Below, piece by piece: positions 58,030 to 64,000 of a DNA stretch of 64,000 nt (its first letter is position 1; every line of letters begins with the position of its first letter). Origin of the DNA: Bacillota bacterium (lineage in GTDB: Bacteria; Bacillota; Clostridia; Christensenellales; SZUA-584); NCBI GenBank assembly GCA_023415915.1, contig JAEZIZ010000083.1:124336-188335 (forward strand). Direction: 5' to 3'. The position numbers and the translations under genes are program-made. The notes below the pieces were generated by a model. It had not been told where the DNA came from. It ran no database searches and worked only from the letters and a program-made list of their open reading frames with translations.

Positions 58030-58881
58030 TTATGCGTTAGTAAGATGTATAAACAGGTTCTGCAGGCTCATTCCCGATATTTCCAGCCCTTCGGGCACTG
58101 AAGGCTTGTCGGGTTTTTCGAGTATATATGCGCTCTTTATTCCGCCCAGCACGTCCGCGCCCAGCATGTTCCTGCCGCGAATAAATTCGTCAACCTTGCC
58201 CTGCGGCCCGGTTACCGTGTACCCTCTCGAAACAAGGCTTTGCGTGTCTTCCTGAAGCAGTATCTCACCCTTTTTTATTATGACGACGTTTTCAATTACG
58301 TCCGCCGCTTCTTCAATAAGATGAGTGGAGATTATTATAGTCCTCGGCTTCTCGCTGTAATTGAGCAGCAGTTCCTTGTAAAACAGGTCTCGGAAATTTG
58401 CGTCGAGCCCAAGCACCGGCTCGTCGAGCAGCAGTATCGGCGCGTTGCAGGACAGCGCGACTATTACCTGAAATATCGACTCGTATCCCTTTGAAAGCTC
58501 TCTTACCTTCTTTTTCAGGTTGAGCTGAAACTTATCCGCAAGGCGGCAGGCGTACTCCGTATCCATCTGAGGATAGAATTCTTTTGACCACTTGAAAACT
58601 TCTTTTACTTTCATAGTCGGAACATAAAGCGAGCTCTCTCCCATACAATACACCTTGGAAAGCACTGCGTCGTTTTCACAAACGTTCTCGCCGTCTATCG
58701 TTATCTCCCCTTCGGTGGGAAAAAGCTTGTTGGTAATTAGGTTAAGCAAAGTCGTTTTGCCCGCCCCGTTCCTGCCCAAGAGTCCGTAAATTTTGTTGTC
58801 GCCGAACGTTACGTTAACATTGTTAAGCGCCAGCGTATCGGCAAACCGTTTTGTAATGTTTTTTACTTCTATGGGGTTCAT
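58030..58881 (-). CDS. ABC transporter ATP-binding protein
   Basis: Walker A GRNGAGKTT, signature LSKGYES and Walker B LLLDEP. Confidence 0.93.
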   Translation of the reverse strand: MNPIEVKNITKRFADTLALNNVNVTFGDNKIYGLLGRNGAGKTTLLNLITNKLFPTEGEITIDGENVCENDAVLSKVYCMGESSLYVPTMKVKEVFKWSKEFYPQMDTEYACRLADKFQLNLKKKVRELSKGYESIFQVIVALSCNAPILLLDEPVLGLDANFRDLFYKELLLNYSEKPRTIIISTHLIEEAADVIENVVIIKKGEILLQEDTQSLVSRGYTVTGPQGKVDEFIRGRNMLGADVLGGIKSAYILEKPDKPSVPEGLEISGMSLQNLFIHLTNA

Positions 58882-59246
58882 TTATCGTATCCCATCCTTA
58901 CCATTTCGTATATTTCTTCAGTGGTGATATTAAGCTTGTTTGCCTCCGAAACAAGCGGTACGACGAATTTTTCGAAGAACTGCCGTTTGCGCTTTTTGAT
59001 TATCTTTTCCTTTGCGCCTTTTGCAACGAACATGCCTACACCCCGTTTTTTATATAGAATTCCTTCGTCGACAAGTATGCCTACGCCTTTAAGCACGGTA
59101 GCCGGATTAATCTTATAACGCACCGATATCTCTGTCGTAGAGGGCACCTGCGTTTCGCTCTCATAAGCTCCCGATATTATCGCGTTTTCAAGCTCCTCGG
59201 CTATCTGTATGAATATAGGCTTATCGCTTTCAAAATCTAGTATCAT
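58878..59246 (-). CDS. GntR family transcriptional regulator (short YtrA-like subfamily)
   Basis: 122 aa with a winged HTH (PSTTEISVRYKINPATVLKGV). Overlaps the ABC ATPase start by 4 nt. Confidence 0.88.
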   Translation of the reverse strand: MILDFESDKPIFIQIAEELENAIISGAYESETQVPSTTEISVRYKINPATVLKGVGILVDEGILYKKRGVGMFVAKGAKEKIIKKRKRQFFEKFVVPLVSEANKLNITTEEIYEMVRMGYDK

Positions 59247-59280
59247 TATTTGCTCCGTTGGTTAACTACTTATGTGACTA

Positions 59281-59309
59281 ACTATAGCTCTTATTATTCT
59301 CTTTGTCAA
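59281..59309 (-). promoter_or_regulatory. promoter of the gntR-ABC operon
   Basis: TTGACA (reverse complement of 59304-59309), a 17-bp spacer, then TATAGT (reverse complement of 59281-59286). Direct TAACTA repeats at 59263-59268 and 59279-59284 lie at or downstream of the -10. Confidence 0.5.
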
Positions 59310-59418
59310 TATCTTTTTTGAATTTTGATTATACTAATACATGCGGTCTAATTTTATATTGCTTTTTAGGTTATTTGTGATATTATTTCATCAAAACTAT
59401 TAAGGACGTGATACGAAA

Positions 59419-60222
59419 TTGGAGAAAAAAATAACGCTTTATGGATTTAATAATCTCACTAAATCCTTAAGCTTCAATATTTACGATGTATGTTATGCGG
59501 AGTCCCAGAAAGATAAGAACGATTATCTTATTTATATAGATGAGCAATATAACTCAGAACGATTGACGAATATACTCTGTACGGTCACTGATATAATAGG
59601 CGCCCATGTACTCAACATCTCAAAGCAGGATTATGAGCCGCAGGGAGCAAGCGCAACGATACTGATAAGCGAAGAAGCTATAGCCTCAAACGTGATAGAT
59701 CCGAGCTGCAACAAAGGTAACATAGTGTTTGAAAAGGACAGCGTTGTCGCGCATCTTGACAAGAGCCACGTAACGGTGCATACCTACCCCGAGTTCCACC
59801 CCGAAAAGGATATCACTACTTTCAGGGTAGATATTGACGTATCCACCTGCGGCAAGATATCGCCTCTAAAGGCTCTCGATTTTCTTATTTCCAGCTTCGA
59901 TTCGGATATTATTTCTATCGATTACCGCGTCCGCGGTTTTACGCGCGACGTTAATGGAAATAAATATTATATCGACCACGAAATAAATTCTATACAGAAT
60001 TTTATCAACAATGATACGCTCAGCGAATATGACGCGATAGACGTAAACGTCTATCAATCGAATATCTTTCATACTAAAATGATCAGGAAGGAAATCGATC
60101 TTAACAATTATCTCTTTAATACCGACGTATACGCACTAAAGCCCGAGAAAAGGCGGGAAATAAGAGATAAGCTATACAGAGAGATGATTGAGATATACTA
60201 TGGAACTAACATCTATAAGTGA
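59419..60222 (+). CDS. speD: S-adenosylmethionine decarboxylase proenzyme, long E. coli-type (class 1B)
   Basis: 267 aa with [21 protein letters not shown] and [17 protein letters not shown]. The self-cleavage region [17 protein letters not shown] closely parallels E. coli SpeD. TTG start. Confidence 0.92.
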   Translation: MEKKITLYGFNNLTKSLSFNIYDVCYAESQKDKNDYLIYIDEQYNSERLTNILCTVTDIIGAHVLNISKQDYEPQGASATILISEEAIASNVIDPSCNKGNIVFEKDSVVAHLDKSHVTVHTYPEFHPEKDITTFRVDIDVSTCGKISPLKALDFLISSFDSDIISIDYRVRGFTRDVNGNKYYIDHEINSIQNFINNDTLSEYDAIDVNVYQSNIFHTKMIRKEIDLNNYLFNTDVYALKPEKRREIRDKLYREMIEIYYGTNIYK

Positions 60223-61687
60223 CAGGCAGAATGATTCGGGTTACAGAAACCGCCAGTCGGCAACGCCCATAGCAACCGCGCTTCTCCAGTTGAAAAATCG
60301 GCGCGTACTGCCGTTTGACGTTCCGGGGCACAAACAAGGCCGCGGAACTCCCGAATTGAAAGAGTTCCTGGGTGAAAAGTGCGTATCGATTGACGTCAAT
60401 TCGATGAAATGCCTTGACAACCTTTGTCATCCCGTATCCGTTATCAAAGAGGCCGAAGAGCTTGCCGCGGAAGCGTTCGGCTGCGATAACGTATTTTTTT
60501 TGGTCGGCGGTACTACGTCCTCCGTTCAGGCGATGATACTGGGCTGCTGCGCCGAAAACGATAAGATAATAATGCCGAGGAACGTGCACAGAAGCGCCAT
60601 CAACGCCGTTATACTCTGCGGAGCCGTGCCTGTATACGTCAATCCCGGCATAAACTCGGAGCTTGGCATACCGCTTGGCATGACTCTCGAATCCGTGGAA
60701 AAGGCAATACTCGAAAACCCCGACGCGAAAGCCGTGTTCGTCAACAACCCCACGTATTACGGCATATGCTCCGACCTTGCGGGCATAATAAAGCTCGCGC
60801 ACAGCCACGGCATGCTCGTGCTGGTTGACGAAGCCCACGGCACTCATTTTTATTTCCACGACGATCTGCCGGGAGCCGCGATGCATTTAGGAGCGGATAT
60901 GGCGGCGGTAAGTGTGCACAAGACGGGCGGCTCGCTCACGCAAAGCTCTCTTCTGCTGCTAAACAAAGCGCGCGTCAACCCCGACCACATACGCGTTGTA
61001 ATAAACCTTACACAAACGACGAGCGGCTCGTACCTGCTGCTGTCTTCTCTTGACATCGCTAGAAAAAACCTCGCGCTTAATGGCGGGGCTATGTTCGACA
61101 GAGTGCTCGAGCTTGCGGAATACGCGCGTAAAGAGATAAACGATATAGGCGGCTACTACGCTTTTGCCGACGAGATAAAAGGGCCCGCCGTAGCGGACTT
61201 TGACCGCACCAAGCTAAGCATTAACACCATAAAGCTCGGGCTTGCCGGATTTGAGGTGTACGAAATACTGCGCGACGAGTATTCTATACAGGTGGAATTC
61301 GGTGACGTCGCCAACTTCCTTGCGATAATATCTGTGGGCGACACTACGCTTGCCATTGAGCGTCTTGTCGCTTCGCTTGCCGAGATAAAGCGCTTAAAAT
61401 CCGGGCAGCATGCAGGAATGTTCGACCACGAATACATCACCCCCATAGTAAAGGTGACTCCTGAAAAGGCGTTTTATGCGAAAAAAAGAAGCGTTCCTCT
61501 TGAAGCGAGCGAAGACGAGATAAGCGGCGATTTCGTGATGTGCTATCCCCCCGGCATACCTATAATAGCGCCGGGCGAAGTCATAACAAAAGAGATAATC
61601 AGTTATATACATTACGCTAAGGAAAAGGGCGCGCTGCTTACCGGCGCAGAAGATATGAGCCTTGAAAATATAAATATACTTGTGTAA
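60188..61687 (+). CDS. speA: arginine (Orn/Lys/Arg family) decarboxylase, PLP-dependent
   Basis: [10 protein letters not shown]-terminal motif and PLP-Lys [11 protein letters not shown]. The start is uncertain: 60188 or ATG 60200, both overlapping the speD end. Confidence 0.88.
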   Translation: MRYTMELTSISDRQNDSGYRNRQSATPIATALLQLKNRRVLPFDVPGHKQGRGTPELKEFLGEKCVSIDVNSMKCLDNLCHPVSVIKEAEELAAEAFGCDNVFFLVGGTTSSVQAMILGCCAENDKIIMPRNVHRSAINAVILCGAVPVYVNPGINSELGIPLGMTLESVEKAILENPDAKAVFVNNPTYYGICSDLAGIIKLAHSHGMLVLVDEAHGTHFYFHDDLPGAAMHLGADMAAVSVHKTGGSLTQSSLLLLNKARVNPDHIRVVINLTQTTSGSYLLLSSLDIARKNLALNGGAMFDRVLELAEYARKEINDIGGYYAFADEIKGPAVADFDRTKLSINTIKLGLAGFEVYEILRDEYSIQVEFGDVANFLAIISVGDTTLAIERLVASLAEIKRLKSGQHAGMFDHEYITPIVKVTPEKAFYAKKRSVPLEASEDEISGDFVMCYPPGIPIIAPGEVITKEIISYIHYAKEKGALLTGAEDMSLENINILV

Positions 61688-61699
61688 CGGAGATAAAAA

Positions 61700-62557
61700 A
61701 TGGAACTTTGGTATACGGAAGAGCATACTGAATCGGTGCGCTTCTCAATAAAGGTAAAAAAACAGCTTTACAGCGGCGAAAGCGATTTCCAGCGTATCGA
61801 CGTGTTTGATTCGGAAGAATTTGGGCGTTTTATGACGCTGGACGGTCTTATGATGGTCACGGAAAAAGACGAGTTCATATATCATGACATGATAGTGCAT
61901 GTGCCCATGGCAGCCAAGCCGGACGTTAAAAACGTGCTCGTAATAGGGGCGGGCGACGGAGGCACCGTAAGGGAGCTTACAAAGTACAAAACAATAGAGC
62001 ATATTGACATGGTGGAGATAGACAAAAAGGTTGTGGAAGTCTGCCTTGAATATCTCCCCTCTCTAACATGCAGTCTTAAAGACGAGCGCGTGCATATACA
62101 CTATGAGGACGGCCTTAAGTTCGTTCGCTCCAAGCACAACTTATACGATCTCATTATAGTCGATTCCACCGACCCGTTCGGCCCCGGCGAGGGCCTTTTT
62201 ACCAAGGAGTTTTACGGAAACTGCTACCACGCGCTGACCGATGACGGAATACTTGTCAACCAGCACGAAAGCCCGTACTATTCCGCCTACGCCAACAACA
62301 TGAGAAGAGCGCACGCGAGGATCAACGAGTTCTTCCCCATCTGCCGCGTGTATCAGGCGCATATACCCACCTACCCTTCCGGCCACTGGCTGTTCGGCTT
62401 CGCCTCAAAAACCGTAGACCCTATAGAAAATCTTGACGAACAACGCTGGAACGCGCTCGGTATTAAAACAAGGTATTACAACACCGACCTTCATAAAGGA
62501 GCGTTCGCTCTTCCCAATTACGTGATAGAGATGCTGGAGAATCTGGAATATGAATAA
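61700..62557 (+). CDS. speE: spermidine synthase
   Basis: LWYTE..., VLVIGAGDGG and IIVDSTDPFGP motifs. Confidence 0.96.
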   Translation: MELWYTEEHTESVRFSIKVKKQLYSGESDFQRIDVFDSEEFGRFMTLDGLMMVTEKDEFIYHDMIVHVPMAAKPDVKNVLVIGAGDGGTVRELTKYKTIEHIDMVEIDKKVVEVCLEYLPSLTCSLKDERVHIHYEDGLKFVRSKHNLYDLIIVDSTDPFGPGEGLFTKEFYGNCYHALTDDGILVNQHESPYYSAYANNMRRAHARINEFFPICRVYQAHIPTYPSGHWLFGFASKTVDPIENLDEQRWNALGIKTRYYNTDLHKGAFALPNYVIEMLENLEYE

Positions 62558-63398
62558 TACGGCGCTTACGTTTATATCCTGCGACAACAAATACAAGGAA
62601 TCCACAATAGTCATATTCGGAGCTCCTTTTGACGGCACTACGTCGTTCCATCCCGGCACGCGCTTTGCGCCGCAGGCAATGCGCAGCGCGAGCGAAGGCG
62701 GTATCGAAACGTACAGCATCCACCAGAACAGAGACCTTTTGGATATTAAGGCGTGCGATATAGGCAACCTTACGATGCCGATAGGCAACTCTCAGCAGGC
62801 TATGAAGCTGATAGAAAAAACGGCCTCAAAGATAGCGCAGGACGGAAAAATACCCGTAATGCTGGGCGGCGAGCATCTTGTGACGCTGGGCGCCGTCCGC
62901 CCACTTGCCGCAATGCATCCTGATTTGCATATAATACACTTCGACGCGCATTCCGACCTGCGCGACAAGTATTTCGGCCAGAAGCTTTCGCACGCAACCG
63001 TAATGCGCCGCATATGGGATACCGTGGGCGACGGGCGTATATTCCAGTACGGCATACGCTCGGGAGAGCGCGAAGAAATAGAGTGGGGCAAATCCCACGT
63101 ATATACAAACTTTTTCAACTGCAACAATCTGGATTATGCCGTTAAATCAATAAAGGACAGTCCTTGTTATGTATCCATAGACCTTGACGTGCTCGATTCG
63201 TCGGTACTGCCCGGCACCGGCACGCCGGAAGCGGGCGGAATAAGCTTTAACGAGCTTATAGAGAGCATATTCGCGCTGTCGGGGCTGAATATAGTGGGCG
63301 CCGATATTACCGAGCTCTCACCCCACTATGACGCCAGCGGCGGCTCTACGCTCGTGGCCTGCAAAGTACTGCGCGAGCTGCTGCTCATGCTTGGATAA
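62550..63398 (+). CDS. speB: agmatinase
   Basis: Ureohydrolase Mn-binding motifs GGEH, HFDAHSD and SIDLDVLD. Confidence 0.95.
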   Translation: MNNTALTFISCDNKYKESTIVIFGAPFDGTTSFHPGTRFAPQAMRSASEGGIETYSIHQNRDLLDIKACDIGNLTMPIGNSQQAMKLIEKTASKIAQDGKIPVMLGGEHLVTLGAVRPLAAMHPDLHIIHFDAHSDLRDKYFGQKLSHATVMRRIWDTVGDGRIFQYGIRSGEREEIEWGKSHVYTNFFNCNNLDYAVKSIKDSPCYVSIDLDVLDSSVLPGTGTPEAGGISFNELIESIFALSGLNIVGADITELSPHYDASGGSTLVACKVLRELLLMLG

Positions 63399-63420
63399 TT
63401 AATTATTTTTAAGCATAACA

Positions 63421-63448
63421 ATACCGCACCCAATGGATGCGGTATTTT
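63421..63448 (+). terminator. terminator after speB
   Basis: ATACCGCA cccaatgga TGCGGTAT followed by TTTT. Confidence 0.7.
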
Positions 63449-63471
63449 AATGCTGTTTTATTTATTAGCGG

Positions 63472-64000
63472 CTACGCAACTATATCGCCCTTATAGCTTA
63501 TCAGCGAGGCGTCGTGTACGCCGGGTATTGCCGCGAAAGCGTCTATCATGCCTACTTCGCTTTCCTTTATGTTCATCTCAATAGTGAGCTCCATAGTACC
63601 CTGCGATACGACTTTCGACTTAAGCCTGCCCTGCGGCAGCCTGCGAAGCACGTTCTGCACTTCCTTTTTCACGCTCTCGTCAAAACGCAGCACGAGCATG
63701 TAAGGAAAGTTCTTTTTCAATTTGAACAGGTTCCAGACGAGCATCAGCACGCCTATTACTCCCGAAGCGATGAGTGCGACAATATAAAGCCTTGTGCCGA
63801 GCGTTATGCCGGCGGCTATCGCCCAGAACATGTATATCGTGTCGAGCATTTCCTTAACGGCTGTTCTGAACCTTACGATAGACAGCGCGCCCACCATACC
63901 AAGCGCGGCAATAAGGTTGGTAGTTATAGGCATTATCACCATAGTCGTAACCATAGTGAGCATCACGAGCGAGGTTCCATAGCTTCTGGAGTATATAACG
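63472..64000 (-). CDS. DUF4956-type membrane protein (N-terminus beyond the right edge)
   Basis: The frame stays open to position 64000 (my reading: ...VIYSRSYGTSLVMLTMV...). IVRFRTAVKEMLDTIYMFWAIAAG motif and a C-terminal soluble domain. Confidence 0.65.
   Translation of the reverse strand, partial: VIYSRSYGTSLVMLTMVTTMVIMPITTNLIAALGMVGALSIVRFRTAVKEMLDTIYMFWAIAAGITLGTRLYIVALIASGVIGVLMLVWNLFKLKKNFPYMLVLRFDESVKKEVQNVLRRLPQGRLKSKVVSQGTMELTIEMNIKESEVGMIDAFAAIPGVHDASLISYKGDIVA

Noticed and set aside
57265-59246. The GntR-ABC-permease operon considered as a possible bacteriocin-immunity, defence or accessory island.
   Set aside because: The architecture is the common YtrA-like three-gene unit. 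My hand counts show only a modest G+C drop (roughly 33-53 percent per 60-nt line). There are no flanking mobility genes, peptide precursor ORF or direct repeats.

Overview
This window reads as ordinary core chromosome from a spore-forming, Clostridia-type Firmicute. That placement is an inference from spoVS, ylbJ, the ylbM-ylbJ/coaD-rsmD neighbourhood, and the T-box and L20-leader attenuators. I count about 68 protein genes, roughly 80 percent on the minus strand, and almost all are housekeeping.

Main gene blocks, left to right:
- clpX-clpP-tig, argGH, proA, rqcH, yajC-tgt, a class B PBP, queA-ruvBAC, infC-rpmI-rplT
- a BaiN-like flavoprotein with an RpiR regulator, surE, an S11 carboxypeptidase, deoB-punA
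- rpsP-khpA-rimM-trmD, ylxM-ffh, ftsY, smc, spoVS
- a T-box-led hisS-aspS-tcdA-rseC-trxA string, pta-ackA, tmcAL-ylbJ, rsmD-coaD, alr
- a paaK-iorAB-paaK-ACT aryl-acid module
- a TipA-type MerR with yjbQ, copZ, an M14 peptidase, a GntR-ABC operon
- a speD-speA-speE-speB polyamine operon, and a partial DUF4956 gene at the right edge

I see no rRNA, tRNA, CRISPR array, transposase, integrase, phage gene or recognisable defence gene. I could not find a convincing novel multi-gene system.

The least explained signal is a dispersed family of structured intergenic repeats at three loci (11.7 kb, 25.0-25.3 kb, 54.0-54.3 kb). It includes a tandem pair with identical inverted arms around unrelated loops, and one copy with a compensatory stem change. 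Smaller oddities:
- a K-to-C change in the KTG motif of the S11 carboxypeptidase
- a CTPC thioredoxin active site
- a 63-nt patch that is 60/63 identical between the two diverged paaK paralogs
- an AT-rich, E. coli-type long speD
- a textbook 19-bp-spacer MerR promoter
- an ATA-start infC

All product calls rest on my recognition of conserved motifs in the supplied translations and on my own reading of the DNA. No database search was possible.
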